Positions 49,656 to 60,797 of a stretch of DNA of 64,000 nucleotides are shown here, piece after piece. Within the stretch, counting starts at the first letter, position 1, and each line of letters begins with the position of its first letter. Below the pieces are notes generated by a model. That model was not told the DNA's origin. It was given only the letters and a program-made list of their open reading frames with translations, and ran no database searches. Origin of the DNA: Thermoplasmatota archaeon (GTDB lineage: Archaea; Thermoplasmatota; Thermoplasmata; Lutacidiplasmatales; JAMCUS01); NCBI GenBank assembly GCA_023379385.1, contig JAMCUS010000032.1, forward strand, positions 14,243 to 78,242, written 5' to 3'. Position numbers and translations under genes: made by a program.

Positions 49656-50600
49656 TCAACCTCTAATCTTCATGGCATATTTTACGCCTTCTTCAATATC
49701 TTTTACGGATAAACCGTATTTATCCATAAGTTCATCCGCTTCGCCAGATTCACCGAATATATCATGTATTCCCAACTTCACTACATGAACGGGATAAACA
49801 TCAGAGGTAACCGATGAAATTATTGCACCCACACCCGTATTTATATTGTGTTCCTCAATTGTTACTATGACACCATATTTTCTGGCAATTCTTTCTATTT
49901 CCTCTCTGTTAACAGGTTTTATGGTATGCATATTGTATACGGCAACATCTATATTTTGCTTTTTAAGAGATTCAGCAACATCCAATGCCCGTTTAAGAAC
50001 CTGTCCCGTGCCTACAATTACTGCATCTGATCCTTCTCTGAGTACAGGTATTTCATTAATTTTAAATTCTGTTTCTCTTTCGGTTATGGTTTCAGTCTCC
50101 ATTCTGGACAATCGTACATAAAAAGGCCCTTTTATTTTAGCAATGGAGATTATACCGTTATATGTCTCATTGCTATCGACAGGTATAAAGATTTTCATAT
50201 TTGGCAACCCGTACATAAGACCAATATCTTCAATCATTTCATGTGATGCTCCATCACCGCCAACAGTTATACCTCCGTGTGTGGCAACTATCTTTACATT
50301 TAAAGACGAATAGGCAATGGACTGCCGTATCTGGTCGTAAGCTCTTCCTGCAGCAAATATTGCAAATGTACTCACGAATACTGTTCTTGTATCAATGGAT
50401 AAACCTGCCGCCATTGCCATCATGTTCTGCTCTGCAATGCCTGCATTAAAGAATCTATCATTGAATTTTTTAGCAAACATAGCGGTTTTTGTAGATGTTG
50501 ACAGGTCTGCATCCATTACAACCATATCTGGATCCGATCCACCTAACGCTATTAGCGCTTCTCCATACGCCTTTCTGGGACTTTCAACCACCCCTTTCAC
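49656..50600 (-). CDS. Transketolase, C-terminal subunit
   Basis: Pyrimidine-binding and C-terminal transketolase domains; adjacent to the N-terminal subunit gene. Confidence 0.85.
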   Translation of the reverse strand: MKGVVESPRKAYGEALIALGGSDPDMVVMDADLSTSTKTAMFAKKFNDRFFNAGIAEQNMMAMAAGLSIDTRTVFVSTFAIFAAGRAYDQIRQSIAYSSLNVKIVATHGGITVGGDGASHEMIEDIGLMYGLPNMKIFIPVDSNETYNGIISIAKIKGPFYVRLSRMETETITERETEFKINEIPVLREGSDAVIVGTGQVLKRALDVAESLKKQNIDVAVYNMHTIKPVNREEIERIARKYGVIVTIEEHNINTGVGAIISSVTSDVYPVHVVKLGIHDIFGESGEADELMDKYGLSVKDIEEGVKYAMKIRG

Positions 50601-51481
50601 AGGATATCACCCAATTCTTTTATTGCTCTTTCATACTCACTGGCTGTGGGAGGTTTTCCATGGAATGATACATTGTTTTCCATGAAGGAGATACCTTTAC
50701 CCTTGATCGTTTTTGCAATTATTACAGATGGCTTTTCTCTATTCTGCAAAACATTAGATGTTGTTTTTACGATATCCTCCATATTATTACCATTCATATG
50801 TGTAACATCCCATCCAAACGCTTTCCATTTCTCGCTAAGTGGTTCTACAGACATAATTTTTTCCGTTTCGCCATCAATCTGCAATCCATTTCTATCAACA
50901 ATTACTATTAGATTATTGACATTATAATGGGCGGCAGCCATGGCCGCCTCCCATACTTCCCCACTCTGGCATTCTCCATCTCCAACGATGGTAAAAACCA
51001 TGCTATTTGATTTTCTCATTTTTAAAGAAAGTGCAAGTCCAACCGCAATTGATATGCCCTGACCTAACGATCCTGTTGATGCCTCTATTCCTGCTAACTT
51101 ATGCATTGCTGGATGACCCTGAAGATCAGAACCCAATTTTCTCAATGTCCATAGCTTTTCCTTTGAAAAATATCCAGTTTCAGCTAATGCTGCATACTGC
51201 GCGGGCACTGCATGACCTTTACTCAATATGAATCTATCCCGTTCTACCCATAAAGGATCCGATGGATCATGATTTAGGATATTAAAATATAACGCCGTAA
51301 CAATATCTGCAATGGATAGAGAACCACCAAGGTGGCCTGATCCTGCTAAATAAATCATTTTAATAATATCTCTCCGTATGTCAACAGCCTTTCTTTTCAA
51401 CAATTCAATGTCACAGATCTTTTCAAACCCTTTTTTTTCCAAAGAAATATCACCATCTAACTCTGTTAAAACAGGTTTCAT
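50597..51481 (-). CDS. Transketolase, N-terminal (TPP-binding) subunit
   Basis: TPP-binding GDGE..G motif (TIVGDGECQSGEVWEA); 4-nt overlap with the C-terminal subunit gene. Confidence 0.85.
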   Translation of the reverse strand: MKPVLTELDGDISLEKKGFEKICDIELLKRKAVDIRRDIIKMIYLAGSGHLGGSLSIADIVTALYFNILNHDPSDPLWVERDRFILSKGHAVPAQYAALAETGYFSKEKLWTLRKLGSDLQGHPAMHKLAGIEASTGSLGQGISIAVGLALSLKMRKSNSMVFTIVGDGECQSGEVWEAAMAAAHYNVNNLIVIVDRNGLQIDGETEKIMSVEPLSEKWKAFGWDVTHMNGNNMEDIVKTTSNVLQNREKPSVIIAKTIKGKGISFMENNVSFHGKPPTASEYERAIKELGDIL

Positions 51482-51696
51482 GAACTAGACAAAGTCTTTC
51501 AAATATTAAACATTTTACAATTTTTTACATTTATAATTCTGTTTCAGCATAGCATGTCAAACTGTTAATGAATTCTGCATGACCTCTGCATATATCACAA
51601 TATCCCTAACAATTTAAATTTATTTAAAGTATAAAAATAACCATTAATATCATAATTCAATAATTTTTCGATAATTTATATATGTTTACCAGAGAT

Positions 51697-54600
51697 TTAT
51701 CTTATTTTATGTTTACAGATTGGGCATATATATACAAGCATTGGAATTTCGTTATGGCATGACGGACATATTGCTGTTTTTTTAGTTGCTGATCTGTTTT
51801 TCACGGGTGTACTCTTTGTGTTGTAATATCTGCCTTTTGATGTACTAGCTGTATAGGTAGCGTTGCGCCTTTTTGTCATGGATGTGGATGACGTACCAGA
51901 TGTTGGTTTATATGGTGTTGGCTGTTGTTTATATGGTACAGATGATGTTGCAAATTTTGTGTTTGGTAGGGAGGCAGGAGGCTGTGGAGCGCTATAACCG
52001 GATGTCAGGTTTTTACTTTCCTCTTTTGTGTTACTGGTTCTGTTTTTATTGTTTGTCATCTTAAGCACAATATTTTTGCCTTTATCTATGTAATGTTTTG
52101 CCACTTTAGTTGTCTTATCTCTGTAAAAAATCATGAGAATCAGTAAAGCTAAGATTATAAAAATAATTATAACATAAATTATAGTAGATTCAGAACTAAT
52201 ACCACTACTGGACGAACTGAGGCTTACAGGTGTGAACGTTACATTTTCAGTTACATTTTTATTTACTGTAATGATTCCAGTAGGTTGCGATATATTGTAG
52301 CCTTTTATAGATGTAATTGTGAAAGGGTAACTTCCGTTGATCTCTTTAAATATTATAAATTTACCTGTACCACTTTTATTAAAATTATTTAAGGTTACAG
52401 ACCAGTTTGTACCGGATGGCAATCCTGTTTCTGTGAAAGTAACAGTGTACACAACAGGTCTAACAATTGAAAAGTTTATAACTATATTTGTATTGACTCC
52501 ATTTACTTTAAACTGACCAGATGACGGTGTTGCTCTGTATCCATGAACAATTCCTATTGTATAATTATATGTTCCATTAACAACATTGAATATTACCGTA
52601 TTGTTGATTGAACTTTTGGTGTAAATGGTATTCAGTGTTACAGACCAGGAGGTTCCTGTAGACAATCCTGTTTCTGTAAAGTCAACCGTATATTTGGTTG
52701 CGATTGTAAAGGATATATTCTGTTCGGTATTCCTTCCATTAACCGTTATGCTGCCAGATGATGGTGTTGCAATATAATTAGAATTTCCTATATTAAAGGT
52801 GTATGTACCATTAGATTCCTTAAAAGTTATTGTGTTAGTAGATGAACTGCCTGTAATGCCTGATAGTATTACATACCATACAGTAGATGCAGGTAAACCA
52901 GATTCAATAAATTTTATTGTATATAGTGAGGCTGAACTGGAGCTCCACGTTATTGTTTTGCTAACTGATGCACCGGAAACATTCACATTACCTGATGTTG
53001 GTGAAGGAGAATAGTTAGGAATTGGTCCAACTGTAAACGGGTAGGTTCCATTTGTTAACATGAACTGAATTGATGTGGTAGTAGTATATTTTGTATAGCC
53101 ACTAACAGATACAGACCAATTCGTACGGGATGACAATCCTGTTTCATTAAAGGTTACAGAATAAGCTGTTCCGATAGCCCATGATATCGGTTGGGTAATA
53201 TTTTTACCATTGATGTTGACAGAACCATGGGATGGTGTTGCTACATATCCTGTTATATATTCAACAAGGTATGTATAGGTACCATTTGGCTCTTTAAATA
53301 TAATATCGGTAGAAGTGGAATATTTTACAGAATTATTAAGAGATACAGACCAGTTTGTACCTGCTGGCAACCCACTCTCTGTAAAGGTAACAGAATATAA
53401 GGACTGAATAGCACTGCTCCACGAAATCGCTATATTTATCGCATTTCCATTCACAGAAAAGTCACCGCTGGAGGGTGTTGCTACGTATCCCCTTTCAGGA
53501 TAAACTTTATAATAATATTGCCCGTTGTACAAGTTAAACACAATTTTATCTGTGATAGAATATATTGGTGTATTGTTATTGATTGATACAGACCAGTTTG
53601 TACCTGCTGGCAACCCACTCTCCGTAAAGGTAACTGCATAGGCAGGGGAACTGGTGGATATAATAGATACCGTTCCAGAAACACTGTTTGTAACGTACAG
53701 ATACTGATTTGAATAATCGTATGTAATATAATCTGGTTTATAGCCCACAGTGATATTACCCATAATGGTGTTATTACTGGAATCAACAACTGTAATATTG
53801 CTTGTGTTGTGATCAGCAATATAGATGTAACCATTATTTGGATCGTAGCTCATACCAAATGGTGCTGTGTTTAATTTTATTGTTGTAACAATGGAGGGTA
53901 ACTGGGAATTGCCTTTAATCACGGTTATATTGTTTGACCAGTAGTTTGCTACATATATATAATCATTGAAGGGATTGTATAAAACGCTTACCGGCGTTGA
54001 CCCAACAGATATATTAGCAATAACGCTATTGGTTGCCACATTTATTACAGTGACGTTATGTGATTGTGCATTTGCTACAAACAGGTAATTTTCGGCAGGA
54101 TCATATGCAATCCCCACAGGCGATGTGCCCACAGGGATTTTGGTAGCTGTAGTAGTCCCTGTAACAGGATTTATAATTTCAACTTCATTAAACGCAGAGA
54201 TATCCACATATACACTTTTTGCACTGCCAACGTAAACAGAATCTGCTGGATACTGGTCTACACCTATGCTGGTAACAGAATTGGTACTGGTATTTAAAGC
54301 AGAAACATCGCTGGAGTTAAAATTGGATACATAAATATATTTCTGGACAGGATCGTACGAAATGGCATCAGGAGTGTTACCAACGGTAACATTCGTTATT
54401 ACACTGTTGTTTGTGCCATTGATGATTGTAGCAGCATTCATATAATCATTTGCTGTATAAAGAAACTTATTTGAAGGATCATACACAATGCTGCCTGGTT
54501 GTTCACCCGTAGTGGTATTATAGTTTCCATTCATCAGTGTATTGTTCTGCAGCAGAAGTGTATACTTTACATAACCTATAAAATTTGCAGTTTCACCGGT

Positions 54601-54789
54601 TACAGGTTTTGAAACTGTTTTGGAATTTTTCATTGAAATGTTATTATATCTGGATGGAGTAGATGTGTAATTTACATAACTTGTTGAATATTGTATTGGT
54701 ACCACATATGGCGTAATAATCATAAAAAATATTATAACAGATATAATGGAGATGAAGATACAAATAAATTTTTTTATTTTACGAACCAT
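51697..54789 (-). CDS. Large surface protein: YVTN beta-propeller repeats + 7 tandem Ig-like modules + TM + Ser/Thr-rich tail + C-terminal zinc ribbon
   Basis: Signal anchor, then repeated YDPxNxYIYVxN YVTN-type blades. Seven VTFTESGLPAGTNWSVS... ~90-aa modules follow, then a TM helix (IIYVIIIFIILALLILMIF), a polar tail, and CPSCHNEIPMLVYICPICKHKI. Confidence 0.7.
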   Translation of the reverse strand: MVRKIKKFICIFISIISVIIFFMIITPYVVPIQYSTSYVNYTSTPSRYNNISMKNSKTVSKPVTGETANFIGYVKYTLLLQNNTLMNGNYNTTTGEQPGSIVYDPSNKFLYTANDYMNAATIINGTNNSVITNVTVGNTPDAISYDPVQKYIYVSNFNSSDVSALNTSTNSVTSIGVDQYPADSVYVGSAKSVYVDISAFNEVEIINPVTGTTTATKIPVGTSPVGIAYDPAENYLFVANAQSHNVTVINVATNSVIANISVGSTPVSVLYNPFNDYIYVANYWSNNITVIKGNSQLPSIVTTIKLNTAPFGMSYDPNNGYIYIADHNTSNITVVDSSNNTIMGNITVGYKPDYITYDYSNQYLYVTNSVSGTVSIISTSSPAYAVTFTESGLPAGTNWSVSINNNTPIYSITDKIVFNLYNGQYYYKVYPERGYVATPSSGDFSVNGNAINIAISWSSAIQSLYSVTFTESGLPAGTNWSVSLNNSVKYSTSTDIIFKEPNGTYTYLVEYITGYVATPSHGSVNINGKNITQPISWAIGTAYSVTFNETGLSSRTNWSVSVSGYTKYTTTTSIQFMLTNGTYPFTVGPIPNYSPSPTSGNVNVSGASVSKTITWSSSSASLYTIKFIESGLPASTVWYVILSGITGSSSTNTITFKESNGTYTFNIGNSNYIATPSSGSITVNGRNTEQNISFTIATKYTVDFTETGLSTGTSWSVTLNTIYTKSSINNTVIFNVVNGTYNYTIGIVHGYRATPSSGQFKVNGVNTNIVINFSIVRPVVYTVTFTETGLPSGTNWSVTLNNFNKSGTGKFIIFKEINGSYPFTITSIKGYNISQPTGIITVNKNVTENVTFTPVSLSSSSSGISSESTIIYVIIIFIILALLILMIFYRDKTTKVAKHYIDKGKNIVLKMTNNKNRTSNTKEESKNLTSGYSAPQPPASLPNTKFATSSVPYKQQPTPYKPTSGTSSTSMTKRRNATYTASTSKGRYYNTKSTPVKNRSATKKTAICPSCHNEIPMLVYICPICKHKIR

Positions 54790-55032
54790 GATATTTGTAT
54801 TTATTTACAATTACTTATAGATTGTTATTTTATTAATAACGTGTCAAAACATCAAAACCCTTTTAGATGTTACTTTATATTATGTGAATACGCAACAGTA
54901 AAATCCATATATAGTTTAAGCATAGCCATGTATATAATTGATGTCAATATCAAATCAATTATGATATATATAAATGTAAATTATATAGATTTATATATAT
55001 TAAAATGATAGGCACATATAAATAGGGAGCGG

Positions 55033-55105
55033 GGGGCCGTGGGGTAGCTTGGTATCCTTCTACCTTGGGGTGGTAGAGACTCCGATTCAAATTCGGACGG
55101 CCCCA
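55033..55105 (+). tRNA. tRNA-Pro (anticodon GGG), 73 nt, no encoded CCA, no intron
   Basis: Manual fold: acceptor GGGGCCG/CGGCCCC, D-stem GGGT/ATCC, anticodon stem CTACC/GGTAG with loop TTGGGGT, T-stem TCCGA/TCGGA with loop TTCAAAT, discriminator A. Confidence 0.85.
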
Positions 55106-55295
55106 TAATTTTGTTGATGTGACATGCGGCTGTATAATTAATTATTTCATTTGATTGATAGTAAATCGTTTAAAAAAATGAAATAAACCTATTTTATGAA
55201 TTGAGATGAATACAGCCATGGATTTTACATGTTAAATTGTTAATATGCGAATGATATACAATATATAATAATAACTCAATATGTAAAAAAAGGAG

Positions 55296-56156
55296 ATGAT
55301 ATATATGATAGAAAATAAAACAGTTTTTGTAATAGGAGCAGGTATAATGGGTTCCGGTATTGCTGAAATTGTAGCTATTAATGGGTATAATTGTTATCTG
55401 TATGATATATCAGATAAGATTCTTGATAAAGCTATGAACGACATAGGTAATAGCATAGAAAAATTAAAAAATAAAAAGGTGTTGAATGAAAATAAAGAAG
55501 ATATTCTGGCTAGAATAAAGGTTACAAAATCGTTAAAAATAGATTCTAAACCCTCAATAGTCATAGAGGTAGCACCTGAAAAGATGGATATTAAAAAGAG
55601 TATATTTTCGGAGATAGATGGATATTATCCAGATACAGAGATTCTTGCCTCTAATACCTCATCTCTATCTATAAGCGAGATGGCGTCGGTGGTTAAAATG
55701 CCTGAAAAGGTTATAGGCTTGCATTTTTTTAATCCTCCAGTATTGATGAAGCTTGTAGAAATAATACCCGGGTATGTAACATCATATGAAACGATTGAAA
55801 AGGCAAAAAATTTCGTTGCAGACCTTAAGAAAGAGGTTACAATGTCAAAGGACTACCCAGGTTTTGTAACATCACGTATGCTTGCAGTTATCATAAATGA
55901 AGCGGCATGGATGCTCTATGAAGGCATTGCATCAAAGGAGGATATAGATAAAGCTGTAAATTTGGGGCTTAATCATCCCATGGGACCTCTCGCACTGGCA
56001 GACCTGGTTGGTATTGACACACTACTACACATTCTGGAAAGGTTGCATACAGGCTTTGGTGACGATAAATATAGACCTTCACCAGTCCTTCGTAACATGG
56101 TTTATTCCAATAGGCTTGGCAGGAAAAGTGGAGAAGGGTTCTACAGGTATAAATAG
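55296..56156 (+). CDS. 3-hydroxyacyl-CoA (3-hydroxybutyryl-CoA) dehydrogenase
   Basis: NAD-binding VIGAGIMGSGIAE at the N-terminus; 286 aa. Confidence 0.8.
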   Translation: MIYMIENKTVFVIGAGIMGSGIAEIVAINGYNCYLYDISDKILDKAMNDIGNSIEKLKNKKVLNENKEDILARIKVTKSLKIDSKPSIVIEVAPEKMDIKKSIFSEIDGYYPDTEILASNTSSLSISEMASVVKMPEKVIGLHFFNPPVLMKLVEIIPGYVTSYETIEKAKNFVADLKKEVTMSKDYPGFVTSRMLAVIINEAAWMLYEGIASKEDIDKAVNLGLNHPMGPLALADLVGIDTLLHILERLHTGFGDDKYRPSPVLRNMVYSNRLGRKSGEGFYRYK

Positions 56157-56309
56157 GTACATGCCCTGTTGCTGTGTTGAATAAATCTGGCATAACACCT
56201 TTTAATTCCATCCAAACCTTATCAGTTTATACTGGATAAATATTTATAATCAGTATAATGCTCTGTTAATCAGATCTGGCATTTATTCAACAGAGCTTAT
56301 CCTGCAAGG

Positions 56310-56957
56310 TTAATTAAATATTAAATATATGAATAAAAGGATAGATATGCCAAAAAGAGTACCCCATTTTACAATATCCCATTTGATTACCTTTGATCCA
56401 TCCAGTGGATGTATGGGTATCATGTTAAATATTACAAAAAATATGTTCATAGTGGCAAGTTCTATGAATAAATCTTTTAAATTGCTGGGAATCATACTTA
56501 TAACTACAAATAGAATTGCAAATCCAAAATTTGTTAATGGTCCTGCTATGCTTATTTCACCATTTTCACGGGTTGTTACAGACCCTGTGATATATACTGC
56601 ACCCGGTGCCGCAAATAGAAATCCCATGACAGAGGTAGCTATGGATAGAAGTAAAAAAAACATATTACTTCTGAACTCAGCATAACATCCATATTTAATT
56701 GCCACAATTTTATGTGCCATTTCATGTAATAGAAAACCTGTAACAACAGCAAGAAAAGAAAATATTACAAGATATAAAATGTTACCTCCGAAGAAATTGG
56801 CCACCTTGCCCAATAATATAAAATCAAAAAATAGAACTGCAGATGCAAGTAAAATATGTTTAATCTCTTTAAATGAAAAAAAGCTTCGTTTTGAATTAAC
56901 AACATATGATACAGTATAACTGTTATTGCCCCACATTTTATCACACTTTGGATACAT
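56310..56957 (-). CDS. M50/site-2-protease-family membrane zinc metalloprotease
   Basis: HEMAH (HExxH) within a TM helix, plus multiple TM segments. Confidence 0.65.
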   Translation of the reverse strand: MYPKCDKMWGNNSYTVSYVVNSKRSFFSFKEIKHILLASAVLFFDFILLGKVANFFGGNILYLVIFSFLAVVTGFLLHEMAHKIVAIKYGCYAEFRSNMFFLLLSIATSVMGFLFAAPGAVYITGSVTTRENGEISIAGPLTNFGFAILFVVISMIPSNLKDLFIELATMNIFFVIFNMIPIHPLDGSKVIKWDIVKWGTLFGISILLFIYLIFN

Positions 56958-57221
56958 TATAAAATCATTCTACATAAAGATTTCAGATCGCATAGCTTGT
57001 TAACTTTTTATTTTAAATAATTCATTTATACTGTAAATTCGAATAAATAACGCATAGATATAAGCCTAATTAAGAAACAGTCACTGACTCAAACTGTCTT
57101 TACATAGCGTAATATAAATTTATGCTATCACCATATATATTTGTTATTTCATAAAAACGATTTTTCATACTTTGTAAAGTATAATTTAAATAGTTAAAGT
57201 TAATTTAAAATAAAGATAGTT

Positions 57222-58463
57222 ATGAATATGAATTATAAAAAGAATATTACGGTTGCAATTGCGATTGTGCTTATTGTGGCATCGTTTATAGGTGGATATT
57301 TCACATACATGTACACTTCTGGTAAGAGTGTTAATGGCATTCCATCCACAAATAACACATCAAACAGATCCATAACGATAATAGATGATACAGGAAGAGT
57401 AATTACCATTCATGGAATACCTCAGAGGATAGTATCCCTCGCACCCTCCAATACAGAGATACTGTTTGATCTTAATCTCAGAAATAAATTGGTAGGAATT
57501 GATAGTATATATGATTACACAACTGCACAGGTTAAGGAATGGGGTATTTCCAACGTTACACAGGTAACCACTTCCACAAATATAAATTATGAAGAGATCC
57601 TCAATCTCACACCAGATCTTGTTCTGGCTGCTGGTATAACCTCACCGGCGCAGGTATATAAATTGACCTCGCTAGGCCTTACTGTAGTTGTGCTTAATCC
57701 TGAAAATATGCATCAAATTTTAAATGATATATACCTGGTTGGACTTGTGTGTGGCACCCTGACTACTGCAAAAACCATTATATCCAATCTTTCTGCAATG
57801 CTAACGCACATTGAAACAACAGTAGGGAGTGTATACACAAAACCATCAGTACTCCTTACCTATTACCCGGATAACTACAGTATGGCGTACTGGACCTATG
57901 GCCCTGGATCATTCGGCAACAGATTAATTATAGATGCAGGTGGTTATAACATAGCCTCTAACCTTTCATTATCATACCCTGAAATTTCTGTTGGATCAGT
58001 TGTAAATTTAAATCCCAGCTTTATAATGGTTGGTGTTGGTCCGTATGGATTGAATATAACCAGCTATTCCTCTTTCAATCCTACATGGATAAACCTATCC
58101 GCCGTAAAGAATAACACAATCTATGGTCTTAATGACGCATATATAAGCGAGCCAGATATATCATTATTTTACGTACTGCAGGAGATGGCTTATATTCTTC
58201 ATCCATCGTTATTCAATCTCACCGGGAATGTATCAGGAAGATTATATAACGGCAATACGCCACAGACTTCAGTTACAATAAAACTTCTAAACGCTACTAA
58301 TACTGTTGTTGCTACGACGGATACAAATGCAACTGGTGGCTATCAATTCACAGGTATTCCATGTGGTAGCTATAAAATGGAGATCATCTACAACGGAAAG
58401 ATCTATTACAGGAATATTAACATAATATATCTTAATATGGTAAACGTAGTTATACACCTCTAA
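57222..58463 (+). CDS. ABC transporter substrate-binding protein (Fe-siderophore/B12 class III type) with C-terminal carboxypeptidase-regulatory-like beta-sandwich
   Basis: N-terminal anchor, a class III SBP region (IVSLAPSNTEILFDLNL), and a C-terminal TNATGGYQFTGIPCGSYKMEI module. Confidence 0.65.
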   Translation: MNMNYKKNITVAIAIVLIVASFIGGYFTYMYTSGKSVNGIPSTNNTSNRSITIIDDTGRVITIHGIPQRIVSLAPSNTEILFDLNLRNKLVGIDSIYDYTTAQVKEWGISNVTQVTTSTNINYEEILNLTPDLVLAAGITSPAQVYKLTSLGLTVVVLNPENMHQILNDIYLVGLVCGTLTTAKTIISNLSAMLTHIETTVGSVYTKPSVLLTYYPDNYSMAYWTYGPGSFGNRLIIDAGGYNIASNLSLSYPEISVGSVVNLNPSFIMVGVGPYGLNITSYSSFNPTWINLSAVKNNTIYGLNDAYISEPDISLFYVLQEMAYILHPSLFNLTGNVSGRLYNGNTPQTSVTIKLLNATNTVVATTDTNATGGYQFTGIPCGSYKMEIIYNGKIYYRNINIIYLNMVNVVIHL

Positions 58464-58464
58464 A

Positions 58465-59523
58465 ATGAAAAATAATATTAAAGATTTTAGTAAATACAAC
58501 ACACCGAAAAGATGGCTTATAACAGTAACCTCTTTACTATTTTTGCTTTTTATATCAGTACTGGTTTCTGTCTCAGTGGGTACCGTAAAAATTCCATTTC
58601 AGCAGGTTATGATTGTTATCTGGAATGGTATAGCAGGAATACATCAGAACTCTCTTTACTCAAAAATAATTCTTCAGTTAAGACTACCGAGTATAATAAT
58701 GGCTGTTATAGTAGGAGTAGCACTTTCCTCTTCAGGGGCTTCTTTACAGGGATTATTCAGAAATCCACTCATAGACCCATACATACTTGGAATATCTGCA
58801 GGAGCTGCCTTCGGCGCTGCTCTATCTATAACAATGGGATTTGATAGCTACCAATCCTTTTATTATTTACCCATTTCTGCGTTTATAGGCGCAATTATAG
58901 CTGTAACCATGGTATACGGGCTGTCGTATAGTCATGGTGAAGTATCCAATAGCAATTTAATTTTTGGAGGTATAGCAGTAGGTTATATTTTTTCAGCAAT
59001 TGTATCATTTCTTATGTTTGTATCAGGGCCACATCTTCAGGAGCTCATTTACTGGTTGTTGGGAAGCTTTTCAGATGCTTTATGGGGAGAGATAGACTTA
59101 ATTTTAATGCCAGTTATTATCTCTGTTTTTATACTTTTTTATTTTTCTAAGGAACTGAATCTTTTAACCGGTGGTGAAGACCTCGCTGCAGCAACCGGTG
59201 TGAATTTAAAACTCACTAAAAATATGATCATTTTTATAACTACGTTGCTGACAGCCATTGCAGTTAGTATGAGCGGAATAATAGGATTCGTTGGTTTGGT
59301 AATACCGCATATAATGAGACGTATTGTTGGAAATGATTACAGAATACTTATTCCTACATCAGCTATAGGAGGCGCAATACTGCTTGTTATTTCAGATACT
59401 ATTGCTAGAACAATTATATCACCCGTTATAGTTCCTGTTGGTGTTGTAACCTCATTTATAGGTGCACCTTTTTTTATTTACCTGTTTAGAAGGTCTTTGA
59501 AAAGAATGGAGGTCAGTATATAA
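58465..59523 (+). CDS. FecCD-family ABC permease
   Basis: ~9 TM helices; the FecCD family is inferred from its position between the class III SBP and the ATPase, and no permease motif was checked. Confidence 0.7.
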   Translation: MKNNIKDFSKYNTPKRWLITVTSLLFLLFISVLVSVSVGTVKIPFQQVMIVIWNGIAGIHQNSLYSKIILQLRLPSIIMAVIVGVALSSSGASLQGLFRNPLIDPYILGISAGAAFGAALSITMGFDSYQSFYYLPISAFIGAIIAVTMVYGLSYSHGEVSNSNLIFGGIAVGYIFSAIVSFLMFVSGPHLQELIYWLLGSFSDALWGEIDLILMPVIISVFILFYFSKELNLLTGGEDLAAATGVNLKLTKNMIIFITTLLTAIAVSMSGIIGFVGLVIPHIMRRIVGNDYRILIPTSAIGGAILLVISDTIARTIISPVIVPVGVVTSFIGAPFFIYLFRRSLKRMEVSI

Positions 59524-59540
59524 GCAGCAAAAACGATAAA

Positions 59541-60797
59541 GTGATTCATATGAAGGTGGATGTTAATAATGTAAATGAATGCAGTAATTCAAATTTATCC
59601 ATTACAGATCTAACTGTTTATTTAAATAAAAAAAAGATTTTAAACAACATATCCTTCACACTGAAACAGGGAACAATTCTGGGTATAATGGGTCCAAATG
59701 GTTCCGGTAAGACAACCCTTCTTAAAGCAATTGTAAATCTAGTAAAATCAGACGGAGATATAATCCTGAATGGAAAAATAATTAAAAAACTTTCTAAGCT
59801 TGAGATAGCAAAAAACATCTCATTTCTACCGCAGGTTACAGAGCTGTTCAGAGGATTCAAAAGTTTTGAGGTGGTACTGGTGGCGAGGTATCCACATAAC
59901 AGTGATTATATATTTGACAGAAAGGAAGACATAGAAAAGACGGAAAGAATTCTTGAGATTACGGGAACCATGAAGTATCGTGATAAATATCTTTCCGAAC
60001 TTTCCAGTGGTGAACGTGGAATGGTACTTATAGCGAGAGCACTGGCACAGGAAGGAAAGCTACTTCTCCTGGACGAACCTACAGCACATTTAGATGTAAA
60101 AAATCAGCTGGAGATTATGGATAAACTGAGGAATATTGTTAAAACGGATAACAGTATGGCTATAGTAACTTTTCACGATATTACCATGTGTAAAAAATTT
60201 TCAGATATGGTTATTATGCTGAGAGATGGATCTATAATAACATATGGTAAAACAGATGAGGTAGTTACTGAAGAAAACATAAAAAGATGTTTTGATGTGG
60301 ACCTTGATTTTAATATAGCAGCACCACCAAAAAAAATATTGAATATAAAACATGCACATATAATATGTGGTGCAGGCAGTGGAAAAGAGATAGCCAAATG
60401 GTTTAAAGGAAGAGGTGTAACAGTGACCATGGGTATATTAAGCCCAATGGATTCAGATTACATTGTTGCAAAATCACTTTCTATAAATGCCATTGTAGAA
60501 GAACCATTCAGATCAATATCGCCGGAGATGGTAGAAAAGCATAAAAAAGTTATTGAGAAGAGTTCAATCGTGATCATAACAGATTTTCCTGTGGGAAATG
60601 GTAACATAGATAACATAGATATTTTATTGCATTGTAATAAACAGATATTCATTATAGAAAAAAGCCAACCAGAAAGCAGGGATTATACTGCAGACAGGCG
60701 GTTTACTGTTATATGGAATGAAATCAAAAAAAAAGCAAAGGTTTTTAATAACGAAAACGATTTTTATAACTTTATTGAGGCCAATAGGTTTGAGTGA
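59541..60797 (+). CDS. ABC transporter ATP-binding protein with ~170-aa C-terminal extension
   Basis: Walker A GPNGSGKTT, signature LSSGERG, Walker B LLLDEP; there is an extra C-terminal domain of unknown function. Confidence 0.75.
   Translation: MIHMKVDVNNVNECSNSNLSITDLTVYLNKKKILNNISFTLKQGTILGIMGPNGSGKTTLLKAIVNLVKSDGDIILNGKIIKKLSKLEIAKNISFLPQVTELFRGFKSFEVVLVARYPHNSDYIFDRKEDIEKTERILEITGTMKYRDKYLSELSSGERGMVLIARALAQEGKLLLLDEPTAHLDVKNQLEIMDKLRNIVKTDNSMAIVTFHDITMCKKFSDMVIMLRDGSIITYGKTDEVVTEENIKRCFDVDLDFNIAAPPKKILNIKHAHIICGAGSGKEIAKWFKGRGVTVTMGILSPMDSDYIVAKSLSINAIVEEPFRSISPEMVEKHKKVIEKSSIVIITDFPVGNGNIDNIDILLHCNKQIFIIEKSQPESRDYTADRRFTVIWNEIKKKAKVFNNENDFYNFIEANRFE

Noticed and set aside
52200-53500. 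Tandem ~270-bp repeats in the large surface protein gene, and the ~285-bp duplication at 42780-43330
   Set aside because: These are coding Ig-like or module duplications inside single long ORFs, not non-coding repeat arrays.
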